Assembly (NCBI RefSeq): GCF_009914755.1
Contig: NC_060925.1
DNA from: the human T2T-CHM13v2.0 reference genome, Homo sapiens
Reading direction: 5' to 3' (one strand)
Length of the DNA stretch: 64,000 nt
Shown one piece after another: positions 1 to 14,260 of the stretch. Each line of letters begins with the position of its first letter. Positions within the stretch are counted from its first letter, which is position 1. The notes beneath the pieces are model-generated. The model saw nothing but the letters and a program-made list of their open reading frames with translations. It was not told where the DNA came from and did not search any database. The position numbers and the translations under genes were made by a program.

Positions 1-959
1 GGTGTCAGCAATAATTAGAGAATGATTATAAAACATTACTATTTTCCAAAATTGATCACAGGATTAATTTTGGCGTAGCTGAGGACCAATTCTCTATTCT
101 CAACTATGTGTGATGGTCAGCCTCTGAAGCCCCTTTGGATCATAAAAGCATAATAAACATAAAGTAGCTCCAACCTCAAATAGGAAAGAGACATATTCTA
201 ATTTCTATATGAAAATCTGAATAGTTCTCTTCCATGATTTTCTGGTAATCTGAACTTATGCTCATGAAACTTGACTCCCCAACATAGTTTCAAGCATCAA
301 ATCATATTATTCTAGACTCAACTTCCCTGTTTTTCAAATTGATTCTCTTTGTTCCTTCTTTTAACATTTTTTTCCCGTTGATATGTAGAAAGAACCAGGT
401 GTTTGTCCTGATTTCAAAGAAAAAAATAATAGCCAGAATATTGCACTCATGCATCTCCATAGAGTCAACACTTTCTACCTGAGGGTGTCTTTAGCAGAGA
501 AAATAGCCTGGAGACAGAAGTACTCCTGGGAGCAGTTAAGTTACGGCTAGGGGAAGACAGAACACTGAGGTATGTTACAGAGAGATGCAAGCTCAAAGAT
601 CAGGCTTTCTGCATATTTCTGGCTGATTACTACCTAAGTCCCCAGAAAATTTCTGACCAGCCATGGACGTTTTATGAAGGTTGAATTACTGGAGTGACAT
701 AGCCAAGCAAACATTGTTCCAATTTACGCAACCACATAGGATCTAGGTAATCTCTTATCACACCTTTTGTGCCATAATAACATAAACTAAGCTTTTGAAG
801 GGATAGGGATCAGAGAAGAAGAATCTTCCCCCAACCGTATCCCTCTTTAATGGCCACAGAAGAATAAGAAATGAGAGCCTCATGGAATTTAGAAACAGAG
901 GCAGCTCGTTTAGCTATTGTCATTCCTCTGTCAAGGCTCTTGCTGATCATGCCTGGTAA

Positions 960-1154
960 AACCAATGCAATAGCACTTTATACCTGTTAAACTGGCAAAA
1001 ATTAGACAGCTGACAATGCCAAGTAAAGACAGTGATAGGGAGGTGTAAGGATCCTTGTGCACTGCTTGGGAAGAGGTAAAATGGTTTGACATTTTTAGAG
1101 AGGATTTGGAGCCCTTAATCAAAATACACGTTCACATTCCTCAAGATCCATTGG

Positions 1155-1208
<54 letters not shown>

Positions 1209-1520
1209 ATAAACTCTCACATAGGTCCCGAAAAAGGCCTGTATGAGGATGTTTATCTCCAAGGCAACTTGAGTATCCATTATTGGTAGAGTTAATAGGA
1301 AAAAGATAGTGGATGCCCACATTGATTTAAGCAACAGATTAGATGTACACGTAGTAACATAAATGGATCTTATACATCTAGTTGGGAAAAAATAAGAAAC
1401 AGAATAAAATAAATATTGCAATACCTTATGCATAACTCTAAGATAAAGTGACACAAAACCACAATACATATTTAGAAACAAAAATTGCAAATAGAAAGAT
1501 TCACATTAAAACACTCTAGA
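960..1520 (+). mobile_element. Ancient L1M (L1ME-like) ORF2 3' end/3'UTR fragment
   Basis: Degenerate match to the L1 ORF2 C-terminal region (cactttatacctgttaaactggcaaaaatt...gatgttta...atggatct); interrupted by (TG)n. Confidence 0.6.
1158..1206. repeat. (TG)24 microsatellite
   Basis: Perfect dinucleotide run. Confidence 0.98.
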
Positions 1521-1521
1521 A

Positions 1522-2030
1522 CAAGGGACCCCAACCCCCAGGCCATGGACCAGTACTGTTAGGAACCAAGCCACACAGAAGGAGGTAGTGGCAGGTGAGC
1601 AAGTGAAGCTTCATTTGTATTTACAGCCACCCCCCATCATTTGCATTACCCCCGAGCTCCACCTCCTGTTAGATCAGCAGAGGCATTAGATTCTCACAGG
1701 AGCACAAACCCTATTGTGAACATGCGAGGGATCTAGGTTGCATGCTCTTTATGAGAATCTAATGCCTGATGATCTGTCACTGTCTTCCATCACCCCCCAG
1801 ATTGAACTGTCAAGTTGCAAGAAAACAAGCTCAGGGCTCCCACTGATTCTACATTACAGTGAGTTGTATAATTCTTTCATTATATATAACAGTGTAATAA
1901 TAATAGAAATAAAGTACACAATAAATGTAATGTGCTTGAATCATCCTGAAACCATCTGCTGATGCCCTGCCTGGTCTGTGGAAAAGCTGTCTTCCACAAA
2001 GCCAGTCCCTGGTGCCAAAAAGGACTGCTG
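1522..2030 (+). mobile_element. MER1A (hAT-Charlie non-autonomous DNA transposon)
   Basis: Start caagggaccccaaccccca, internal ggcattagattctca...tgagaatctaatgcc palindrome, end cagtccctggtgccaaaaagg; ~510 bp. Confidence 0.88.
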
Positions 2031-2434
2031 CCTGTGGGGGAAGGGAAGAGAATAAAAGTAAGAAATAGGGATAAAAGAGAAAAAGGAAGAAATGATAATT
2101 CTAGAATCATGATAATTTTCCTTGAACTTGGAAATATGTTTAATGTAATCATCTGTATCTGAGTCCAAACAACATTTCATCTATGGAGTTTGACTCATAT
2201 AGTTCTTCTCATTCTTTGTTCTCTTCCTTTATATCAACAGCCTTTTTCTGACATGATATAAAATCATGTGCTTATGACATGCATTAAAAAGGAGAAGTGC
2301 TGGATCTAATATCCTTGGTCTAATGGATCCCCTTGCAGAGATACAGGGCTCCCTACACACACTGGGATATCTAGGTACAAGCCCAAAGTTCATATACAGA
2401 CTTTCTAAAATCATTGTATTTAAAAGCAGAAAAG

Positions 2435-2786
<352 letters not shown>

Positions 2787-3627
2787 TTATAAATGAAGTG
2801 GCTAGAACAAGATAACAAGTGACACAGAGAGAATGCATAGCACTTAACCCAGTTAGGAGATTCTCCACTATATACTTGTACAACACATTACATATTTGAA
2901 TTACTACTGTCTTGTATAGTTTGCCACTATTTCGTCCTATGTTTTTCAGTGCAGTAGCAATTTTTTTTTACCTCTCTCACTGTGTCCAACTCAACAAAAA
3001 TGTTTATCAATGAATAGAAACTAATTCATTGTACAATATTGATTAAGCTACCCTGCTATCGGTAAAGGTATAGGGTCAATAACTGCAAGAACTAACTACT
3101 TCCTTCTGGAAATGTATCTACTGGTCATTGTGAGATCTGGATTCACAGCAGAACTTATGAAAATTAGGTGAGTCTTGATTAAATCAGTGAGTTGGTATCA
3201 TAATGAAGAAACAAATTATCTAAGAGGATTCTTGTTTCACCTCAATTCTCACCCCAAACACAGCAAATTAATTAAACCACAACTCAAGATAGAGTTCAGT
3301 ACTTTCTACTTGCTAAATCCTTTAATCTAATATGGAATTAACCTCATTGGAACCTTGTCACATTGATTTCTCTGCAACTAACGTGTCACAATATGACATG
3401 CAGGAGGTAGCAAATAAAACTTTTACATACACTCTAGTTATAACAGCATTTGTCATATTCCTGCACACCATGTTGGTCCACACCTCTGTGCCTTTGCCAT
3501 GTTACCCAGCAGCCAGGAGGTTCCCAAGGCCTGGTTAATTTTTACTTATCTTTTAAGACTCAACTCAAGTATCATTCACCCAGGAAATCTCCTTGAGCCT
3601 GCATTAAATATTCAAGAAGTAATCTGA

Positions 3628-4033
<406 letters not shown>

Positions 4034-4219
4034 TTATAATAGGGGCTCAATAATTGAACAGAACAGATATAAGAGAACTAAGAAAGTCAAGATCAGGGAC
4101 CCAATTAGATTTTTCAGATATATCAATCCAGAGGTTACAGTCCAGCCTGGTCCAAGTGGAATGGAGTTTACAGCTAATTAATCACAGCCAGTTACGGATT
4201 TATGTTTTTCCCTCTCCAC

Positions 4220-4639
4220 TGATATGGTTTGGATCTGTGCCCCCACCAAATCTCATGTCGAATTATGATCCCTAGTGTTGGAGACGGGCCTGGTGGGAGA
4301 TGATTGCATCATGGGGGTGGCGTTTTCATGAAGAGGTTAGCACCATCCCCTCAGTGCTGTTCTCGTGACAGTGAGTGAGTGAGTGAATTACCATATCTGG
4401 TTGTTTAAAAGTGTATACCACCTCCCCCTCTCTCTCTTCCTCCTGCTCGTACCATGTAGGACGCCTGCTCCTGCTTTGCTTTCTGCCATGAGTAAAAGCT
4501 TCCCGAGGCCTCCCCAGAAGCAGAAGCTGCCATGCTTCCCGTACAGCCTGTAGAACTATGAGCCAATTAAACCTCTTTTCTTTATAAATTACCCAGTCTC
4601 AGGTATTTCTTAATAGCAGTGCAAGGATGAATTAATACA
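4220..4639 (+). mobile_element. MSTA-like ERVL-MaLR solo LTR
   Basis: TG...CA termini; starts tgatatggtttggatctgtg; ends gagccaattaaacctcttttctttataaattacccagtctcaggtattt...taataca. Confidence 0.9.
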
Positions 4640-4790
4640 ACCATTCCTACAGCTTTACTTAATTAGTCTTAAAAAAACGGTTACAGTCTAAGGGATAGGG
4701 TAGTACCATAGGTTCAGACAGGCAAAAACAGCTCAGTTAGGTCAGTGTAGGGTAGAAGGTAAGCTGTTCTCTCAGGTCAGAATCTGGCAA

Positions 4791-4828
4791 ACGGTTCACG
4801 GTTCACGGTTCATGGTTCACGGTTCACG
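4791..4828. repeat. Heptamer tandem repeat (ACGGTTC)x5.4
   Basis: acggttc acggttc acggttc atggttc acggttc acg. Confidence 0.95.
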
Positions 4829-5303
4829 AGTGTAAGTTTCAAGCAAGAGGAAGGAGTTACTCAGGTTCTGAACCTAGGCAACAAAGTGTCAAAGACTCAG
4901 GCAGGATACCAGATAATAAAGGATCAGAATACCAGGAAATTAGAACTGGCTACAAAGCCAATAACTCTAGCCAGGGCTCTCTATAAACTTCAGGTCAAGT
5001 ACAGTCTGGTCTCAGAATATAGGCCAACCCAAGATCCAAGTTGGCAATAAATCAAAAGAGGTCGCTAGTAAGAACAGCAAAGAGATCAAGAACAAACCAG
5101 CTTTTAAATAGCTTCCATGTCAATCAACATGAATTCGTAGGACAAGGCTACATCCTAATACCTCTATCTAAAATGCCCAAGATTGGAGCTCTTATAGTAA
5201 TACAACATAAGCAGAGTATATTCTTATAAAATCTCCCAGTTTGGTTTCAATGAATATTCTTATGTATGAAAGTAATGCTATCATTCCAAAACAACTATAT
5301 TCA

Positions 5304-5620
<317 letters not shown>

Positions 5621-6844
5621 GATTTAGAGAGGGCTTTAAGTGCTCCCACTACCAACAACAATGGCAAAAATGTAAAGTAACTCATATGTTAAGTAGTTTG
5701 ATTTAGCCACTCTACAATGTACATATTTTAAAACAACATGTTGTGCACAATAAGTTTACACGACTTTTGTCAGTTAAATAAGTATATAAATGAGATCTAC
5801 AGAGGAAAAATGTTTAATACTTCAGAAGTAGTATTGTCTTATATAAGCCTTCTGATAGATTTCTAGGAAATAGAATTTTAATTCTCATATGAGAAAACTG
5901 CTTATTTGACTAAAATGTCAACCTAAAATTTTAAAATGTATAGTTATTGTTATGTGTTAACATATGACTTTAAATCTTTAGATTTAAAGCTGCAGGTTTA
6001 TTTATCAGAAAATCAATCTCAAAAGTAAAATTATAGCTTCCAAAGATGCTATCTAATAGCCTGAAAAGTTGTTATTTTTGCAAAGTTGGCTTTCTCCACA
6101 GTCACCTCAGTTTGAAACTTTGTTGGAGGATCGGCCCTTTCATCAAAGCCCCATACGGGGAAGCTTATCGGGCAGATGTCAAATGACAGCTTTTCCGGGA
6201 TGCCAAGGAGTTATATCCTTCCCCGAAAATATTTTAGGACAAAAAATTACCTCAGTATCAGTGGATAATGTAGTAGCAATGACAAAAAATGATTTAAAAA
6301 TTTTTCCAGACTGGGTTTTTTAAAATAAACTTCCAGAAGCCATTACCAAACTTCCTTCCCCAATAAAAGCATTCTGATATAAAAGAACTAGCATGGGTAT
6401 CTCAGGCTTTGTTTCATAGAGGAATGATTGCCCTGTTAGAGCAATCCACTGATACTTCAGCAAGAACATTCTTGAAGACTTTAGATTACAGAGGGTGGGT
6501 GATTGGAAAAGAATTTAAGATGTTAGAATGTTTACTGGGTTATCAGAGATGGGAGAAGTGGGATAGGATTTAGGGCAGAGAGTCAGTCAAGTGTGCAGCT
6601 TCTTCCTCACTTTTACTCAACTGAATAAAATGAGGAAAGCCAGAGAAAGGCTTTAAAATTAACTAACAAATAGTAGCAGAACTGGTTTCTTCCAAGGCAC
6701 CCTTTGACAGTAGAGCAAGCATTCTTTTCTCTCCTTTGACATGGATTTGGGATTCTTGTTTTGGCATTACATACACACAGTGCATTCTTCATGGGAAGTA
6801 GACATTTAGTCCCAATTCTAAAATTTTGTTCTAATAAAAACTTT

Positions 6845-7090
6845 GTCAAAATGCAATGTGGTGTCCTAGACGAAATCATGGAATAGAAAAAAAAAAAGAC
6901 ATTTGTGGAAAAACTAGAGAAATTTGAGTAAAATCTGAAGTTTAGTCAATAGTAATGTGCAAATGTTGATTTCTTAGTTTTTCTAAATATACCAGGGTGA
7001 TATGTGATGTTAACAAGGACAACTGGGCTATACAGAAACCCTCTGTAAAATCTCTGTAAACTTTGTATATATAAAATTACTTCATAATAA
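6845..7090 (+). mobile_element. L1MC/L1ME-type 3'UTR fragment
   Basis: aatgcaatgtggtgtcctaga...aaatgttgatttcttagttt. Confidence 0.7.
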
Positions 7091-7719
7091 CAGGGGTTTT
7101 GTTTTTAACTCTACACTATGTTTGTCAAGAAGAAGAGGATAGCAAATTTACCACTCTGTACAAAACTTGTTTCACCCATGCTGCCTTTGAAATGCACATA
7201 AAATACATTAAATCTCTTAATTGCTAAACTAATAATTCTAACTTGTTTTAGAAGAACAGATGTATAAATGCATCTGGAACTGCTGTAAACTCATTATAAA
7301 TCAAGTTATAGATGAAAAAGTATTCAAAAAATATAAAAATGTGAAGATATAAATTCATATGGCTCTTGAAAGAATAATAAATTCAATTAATGAGCATTGT
7401 GAATTTCACATTTTTATAGGAAAGCAACTTCTATAAAAGCAATGGAAAAGCTAAGTTATATAGTAAGTCAGTCTGTAGGAATTAGGATTTAAAATGTTGG
7501 AAATGGTTAGCATAGGATAAACAAATTGAATTATTATTATTTTTTTTGAGACTGGTAGTATCATTACTCTGTTGCCAAAGTAAATGCAGTGGTGTGATCA
7601 CAGCTTAAATATTTTGATGAATGAGATTCACTGATATTTTGTCTATGCATTTCTGTACATGCATACTAAAAGGCACATTTCTAATTATTCACTGTTGTAT
7701 AATAAAATACGCTGAAATA

Positions 7720-7790
7720 CAGATGATCTTCAAATTACAATGAGGTTATCTCCCAATAAACCTGCTGTAAATTGAAAATAAAAAGCAATG
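7720..7790 (+). mobile_element. Tigger3 (Golem) terminal fragment
   Basis: ta-cagatgatcttcaaattacaatgaggttatctcccaataaacc resembles the Tigger3 TIR end. Confidence 0.65.
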
Positions 7791-8740
7791 AAAACTTTTC
7801 ACTATTACTTGCTAAAAAGAGCAAATTATTAATTAATTTCAATTTAATAAAATTTTATTAATGGTCAGTGACCCACTGCTCTGATATATTGGGGTATGGG
7901 TGAGAGGTACTGAATAAACATAAAAACATGATACTGAATATTTGTTGATTCACAAAATCTGCAAGAGCTTTTCCTGAATATATGTTTGTGGCTTGAGCCA
8001 CTGAAAGAACAAACTTGGTAAGTAAAAATAAATAGCTATATAAAAAATTAATGTGGAAAAGGAAAATCCAATTTTACTTTCTAAATTTGCCATTTAAATA
8101 TTCCTTAAAATGAATTCCTATTCAGTCTAAAGGCAAGAAATAAATGTGGTAAGATCTAACAGAGTGATGATTAGAGATGCAACAAAAATACAGTAATAGG
8201 TATTGACAGATGCCACAGGAAACAGCGTCCTCATAGAGATTCCCCAGGAACCACCATTACGATCCGTCCTCCTGTTTGCACTGGGCTAATCTATAATCAC
8301 CGTAGATAATTAATTCTGTTCCTATTTTTAAAAGATATACAGAAAGGACACTCACACGGACTCCCTCAGTTATACATTGCAACATTTAGCAAATCTCATT
8401 GCTGAAGTTTTTCCTTACTTTAGTTTCCAAATCACTATGTAATTCTATGAAAGAAAAACAGAGAGGATATTAGTACATTAGGATCTCTAGCAATCTTTTC
8501 TGTTTTGCTATAGAGTTATCAATCCCTCAGAGATTGATGGCTTCTAGATGAATGAATAAAGTAAAGCTTCTGATACTTTGCCCCAGGATATTGACAAACC
8601 AACTTCCCCATTGTGACTCCCATTCTGACTCACCCCAACATATCCCAAACTGGAATAGCAGACCTATGAAACTGATGCTGAAACAGCCACTGTACTCCTC
8701 TTAATGTCACAATGCTCTCTAATACAATATACATACTTAC

Positions 8741-8842
8741 AAAATATATAGAAACATCATCAATAAGGTTGGATATGGCTGCCTTTTTGAGATTTGGATT
8801 AGAATAGGAATACATTAAGAAAATAAAATCTCTTTGTGAGAT
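8741..8842 (-). other. Candidate internal exon (102 nt, phase 0/0; open frame ISQRDFIFLMYSYSNPNLKKAAISNLIDDVSIYF)
   Basis: Minus strand: branch-like tactaat, atcatattag| acceptor (weak pyrimidine tract), TTT|gtaagt donor; peptide not recognised. Confidence 0.25.
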
Positions 8843-10009
8843 CTAATATGATATAAACTTTACATTAGTAAAGTTCCACAATAATACCCCAAAGCAGGTA
8901 GCTCGTTAAGAAAATATTGTCCCATAAACAATTTATCCATATAACTTATTATTTTTATGTAAGTTTCATATGATTTCTTTAAAATATATTTTTCATACTA
9001 AGGAAGTTGAGAAATTTACTCAGACACTAAAATTAACAAATTACCCTGGATTTGCAATTCAATTAATTGTCCTTTCTTTGTGTTTCTTGGCAGGCCCAGA
9101 ATACTTTGTAAAATTTAGCTCTAACTAATGTTGACAAAATATTTTAGGCCACTGGAAATGTCAGTAATGTCATTTTCCAGGCCAGTTTCAAATTGAAAAC
9201 ATGTTCATACTTTGCACACAGTTTTGTCACACAAATTCTCCTCAGTGAACTCACGGCAATTTAAATATTTTTAAATACACATATTTGTGGATACTATATG
9301 GCAATTTTTGATCAACCAAGTGAAAATAGATTTATTCAAAAATGTTTATTTCTTTGTATTAAAAATGTTTAAAGCATTAATATTAACTTTATATGGCAAA
9401 CTATATAATTTTTTTAGACATTACCAAATTATCCTCACAGTACCCAGGCCAGCCAGTATTTTCTCCATTGTATCCAGAGTTAATAAAAAGCAGAATGGAA
9501 AAGTGATCTTGTGCCTTAAATTCTAGCTTAGTGTTATGGCCATAAGATCCTTTTTCATAAGAATCATGTGAATTTTTCATTATAGTGAAACTTGTAGATA
9601 GATTGAGCTACCTATAGCTTGAGCCACTTTCTTAAAGAATGAACTTGGCAAGTAAACATAAAGTAAATAACTGTATAAAAATCAATACAGCAAGGAAAAA
9701 TCAGGTTTTGTTTAATGAATTTGCCTTTTAAATCTTTACCCAAACAAATTCTTCTTCTATCTAAAGGCAAGAAAAAAAAATGTATTGAGATCTAATAGAG
9801 TGATTTGGGGGAACAACAGTGAAATAGTGGTAATAGGGATAGGATAGAAGAATGAATTTAGGAATACTTTGCCCCTTGGAAAACCTGAGTCTTCTTGTTA
9901 GATAATATGATTCCAAAACTCTGCCTCCGGGTAACAGTTTCTTCCACTCATTCTTTAGTTTTAGTTCTACCTGTGAGAATGACTGAGAAGTTTTTCCTAA
10001 AATCAAGTA

Positions 10010-10565
10010 CAGCAGCCCCTCCTTATCAGCAGGGGATACGTTCCAAGACCCCTAGTGGATGTCTGAAAGCTCAGATAGTATCAAACCCAATTGCCATCAA
10101 TAAGAACATGTTTCTGTCCATGCCTTTCACCCACAAATTTGATGCCTTTTCCATGTTAACTAATCACTTACCATGTACTGTGGCTGAAACGCACAGTTTG
10201 AGGTGCAACAGCAAAATTAGCACGAAACTCTTTTTCCTTCTTCAAAATATCACAGATGGAAGCTCTGTTCTTACCCACAGATGTTAGCAACCTCAGCATG
10301 CCATTTTTTCCTTTCCTTATGAAGCCAAGAACTTTCAGCTTTTCACTCAAAAGCAGTATTTCACAGCTTCTCTTTGGCATATCCAAACTGCCAGCATCAC
10401 CACTCTTGCATGTTGGGGCCATTATTAAGTAAAATAAGGGTTATACGAATACAAGTGTTTCAATACCAACAGAGTGGATGTGATAGCCAAGATGGCTATT
10501 AAGTGACTAAGGGCAGGGTAAAAGAAAAGAATGTACAGGTAATGTGTAGACAAAAAGATAAACAT
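10010..10565 (-). mobile_element. MER44/Tigger7 (TcMar-Tigger) with relic transposase N-terminal HTH-psq frame (10168-10422)
   Basis: Terminus ta-cagcagcccctccttatcagcaggggatacgttccaagaccc; ORF MAPTCKSGDAGSLDMPKRS..LSEKLKVL..GKNRASICDILKKEKEFRANFAVAPQT resembles Tigger transposase N-termini. Confidence 0.85.
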
Positions 10566-10744
10566 GGGGTTGGCCTTACAGAGACATGGAAGGCTGGATT
10601 TCAGTGGAAGGCAACAGACTGAAAGGATTAGCAAGCACAGAATTGGGCCTGGTCTGGAATGTCCTGGGGGACTAGGCAGGTTATCAAAGTGGGGAAACAA
10701 GGAGAGGCGTAAAAAAACTCACTCTCTAAGTGCTATTCAATGGA

Positions 10745-10895
10745 AACAGAGTTTCAATTATACACGTTGAATAAGCTCTAGAGATCTGCTGTATGATATC
10801 ATGCCTGTAGTAAACAATACTGTATTGTTATGCCTAAAATTTTGTTCAGATGATAGATTACATGTTAAACATTCTTACCACAGCTAAAATAATAA
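10745..10895 (+). mobile_element. L1MB-type 3' end fragment
   Basis: gaataagctctagagatctgctgt...aacaatactgtattgt...ttcttaccaca. Confidence 0.7.
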
Positions 10896-11313
10896 TTCAT
10901 TCACTGGACAGGACAGAGGGGTCTTCATCACTGAGCAAGGCAAGGAAGGCCCTGCCATTAGAATCAAGATATAAATTCAGAGCACTGAAACATCATCAAT
11001 TAATGTTGAATAGAAAGAATCATTGGTCCAGTAAAGGATCTGTAGTTTCACCTTTGTGCTTCTTTTTTTCTTTCTAATGTAATCGACTCTCCCATCTCCT
11101 TATCAAAACAGAAACAAATCTGTTATCATTCATACTCATACTTTATGTGTAAATGTTTCAGATATATTCCATTTAAATTTTTGTTTCTGATTATAGAAGG
11201 AAAGTCTTTGAATACTGTTAGTGAACAGCTCTCACAAATGGATAAGTCAGTTTTCTAACTCAGGAAAGACTCAGCTGATTCCAAAGATTCACCTGGCTTG
11301 CCATATCAGACTT

Positions 11314-11575
11314 CTTTATTTTAAGGCAGAGTCTTGCTCTGTTGCCCAGGCTGTAGTGCAGTGGTACAATCATAGCTCACTGCAGTCTTGGGCTCCTGGG
11401 CTCAAGCAATCTTCCCGCCTCAGCCTCCTAAGTAGCTAGGACTAGAAGCGCATGTCATCGTGGCTCACTAACTTGGTGTGTGTGTGTGTTTTAAATTTGT
11501 AGAGACAAAGTCTCACTATGTTGTCCAAGCTGATCTTGAACTCCTGGCCTCAAGTGATCTTCTGGCCTTGACCTC
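11314..11575 (-). mobile_element. AluJ (5' truncated)
   Basis: Antisense Alu with J diagnostics (catagctcactgcag, gggctcaagcaatc). Confidence 0.9.
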
Positions 11576-11799
11576 ACCAGACATCTTTGATATGAGAAGT
11601 CAGCTGTTGCATCATTGTGGAGTTTAGGAAGCCTGAGAAGATCCCCACCTCTCTTGTCTCTTCATTTTTTTCACTGAAGCCCTTTCATCATTCCTCCTTT
11701 TCAAATCTCTTTACTTTTCAATATCCTTGATATATCAGTTTAAATTTTATTCCTAGCAACTTTTTCTTGCCCCTGCATTCATTTGTTGCTTTTGTGATA

Positions 11800-12840
11800 C
11801 CTAAAATTCCTTTACTATCATCATGCTATGTTAAAATTTCCTGTTTACTTGCCTATTCTCCATTAGACTACAAATTTAAAGAAAGAAATGGCCAGGCTTA
11901 TTTATGTACAATTGCAGCCTCAGCACCTGGACTAGTGTTCACCATTTAAAAATAAGCATTCAAGACATATTTGTTGGAGAAAAGAATAACCACATAAGCC
12001 AGGGATCCAAGTTCTGCTCTCTCCTTTTACCTGTAACTCTAAGTCTCTCCTGCAATTTTATCTTTACTTCCACTCACTTCAAAGCATAGTATGTAATCCA
12101 GCAACCCCATAGCATTATAGTTTAAAATGTCTACTGCCTCAAAGACTGGCAGGACTGTTCAATTTCTTTATCGACACTGCCATCATCCCAAAGCAGGCCA
12201 CAGTCTCCCCTTTCCTGAATCACTGTAGTAGTAAGCCAAGGTCTCCTTGCCATCACTTTTGCTCATCTTCAGACTATTCTCCCTGGAGGAATGAGGGTCT
12301 TTTGAAATCGTAAATCACATCCTTTCTCATTTCCTTAACACTCTGGAATGGCTTACCAAGAGTTATCTGTGTATAGAACAGATTCTCAGGATTTCATTTG
12401 GGTGGTAGGGGAAGAGATATTGATCTTTAAATAATCAGAGGAAGTTCTTCATCTCTCTGATGCCAAGTTCTGCCCAGCCACCCTACTGCACTCAGTGTTT
12501 CTGATCAGCTCAGCCTCTCTTTGTTGATCTCATTCACCTGATTATTCACCGGGCACTGGTAAGGCAACATTCTAAACCTACTAATTTAATGCACAACTTG
12601 ATGTTTGAAGAGTCTCTGTTCTATTTTCTCTACTAAGAACTCTTCCACTGACTAAAGCCTACTAATATTTGAAGATTCCATTCAGTTGTCCTCTTATCTA
12701 GGAACCTTCACCTGAGCCCCCAGAATAGATCAGATGCCCCCTTTGTGCTCCCTTAGCACCTGATACATAGCTCTTTCAGAATTCATTGCAATATAGTGCA
12801 ATCATCTTTATTTTTGTCTACGTCCTTTACTAGACTGTTT
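11800..12840 (+). mobile_element. L2 fragments
   Basis: L2 3'-region motifs (cattagactacaaat, gcctcagcacctgg, tactagactg). Confidence 0.55.
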
Positions 12841-12842
12841 CT

Positions 12843-14260
12843 TCATTCATTTCACATGTACCCACCAAGCATCTATTATGTTCCAGAATTGTTCTGGGTT
12901 CTTGGAATGTCTTGGTGAACAAAATATCACAGCTCCCTGACCTAGAGGAACTTACACTCTAGCAAGAAGAGATAAATGTCAATCCACTTTAAAAATAATT
13001 AAAATATACATTATGATATAGTTTGGATGTTTGTCACCTCAAATCTCATATTGAAATGTGATCCTCAATGTTGGAGGTGGGGCCTAGTGGGAGGTGTTTG
13101 GGTCACAGGGATGGCTTGGTGCCCTCTGTACAGTAATGAGTGAGTTTTTACCCTTGGTTCACAGGAGAGTTGATTGTTTAAAAGAGCCTGGCATCTCTCT
13201 TGCTATGTGATACAGCAGATCTCCTTTTCTTCTGCCATGAGTAGAAGCTTTTTGAGGCCTCACTATAAGCCTAACAGACGCTGGATGCCTTTCTTGTACA
13301 GCCTGTAGAACCATGAGTTAAATAAACCTCTTTTCTTTGTAAATTACCCATCCTCGGGTATTCCTTCATAGCAGCACAAAACAGACTTAACACACATTAT
13401 CATAAGAGAAAGTGAGAGCAAATAGAGCAGGGAAGGGAATCAGGCACATGTGCAGGAGGTAGGGGTGAAGACAGGGAGCAGTACTGGATAGTGTGGTCAA
13501 TGCCAGACATTGACAGGGTGATGGGAGAGCAAGGACATGAGGATATGCGAGAGTAGCCCCAGAGCAAGAGCATTCCAAGTGAAGAGAGTAGTTAATGCAA
13601 AGCTGTTAAGTAGGAGCTGCCTGATGTTTTCAAGGAACAACAAGTTGGCCAGGGTACTTGAAGTAAAGGGAGTAAGGGGAGAGTGGTAGGGAAAGGAAAT
13701 CATGGAAGTGTAATGGGTTTGAAATAATGTGAGGTCTTATAGGTTATTATAAGATTTGTGCTTTTACCCTGAATGAAACAGGCAGCCATCTCAGGATTTT
13801 CAGCAGAAACAATGACATAGTAATTTACTTTTTAAAAAATGTGTTCTGGCACCTGATTTGAGGTTAAAGTAACAGGATGGAGACAGGAAGCCCTGTTAGA
13901 AGACTATTTTAGTAAGAAAAGAGATGACGGTGACTCAGACCAAGAGTGGTGAGAAGTGGGCAGGTTATACTTTAAGACTTTAAAGACAGAACAGACAGCA
14001 TTTCCTAACAGATTGATGGGCAAAGGGAGGAAAAGATAGGAGTCAAGTATAATTGCAAGATTTTTGGATCAAGTAACTGAAGAAAATAAAATGAAATTGG
14101 CATCAACTGAGATGAGCTCACCAAGAGAGTCCGTGTAAATAAAGAGGTAGGTCAAGGTCTGAGCCCTGCAGCCCTTCAACACAAAATAGCAGGGGAAAAG
14201 AGTAGGAACTGAGGAAAGACATCAAGAAAGAATGCCAGGAAGACAAAAGGAAAAGCAAGC
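12843..14260 (-). mobile_element. L2a-like fragment interrupted by an MSTB LTR
   Basis: tcattcatt...caagcatctattatgttccag (antisense L2 tail) followed by purine-rich antisense L2 body. Confidence 0.75.
13014..13394 (+). mobile_element. MSTB/MSTB1-like MaLR solo LTR
   Basis: TG...CA; exact 5-bp TSD catta (13009-13013 and 13395-13399). Confidence 0.9.

Noticed and set aside
1055-1490. ORFs with CV/HT repeats
   Set aside because: Translations of the (TG)n microsatellite.
4690-5130. Possible old Gypsy-like LTR around the heptamer repeat
   Set aside because: Only a compositional impression; termini and TSD not identifiable.
10168-10422. Domesticated TIGD-like gene
   Set aside because: Only a diverged HTH-psq stub inside a MER44/Tigger7 deletion derivative; no DDE domain.
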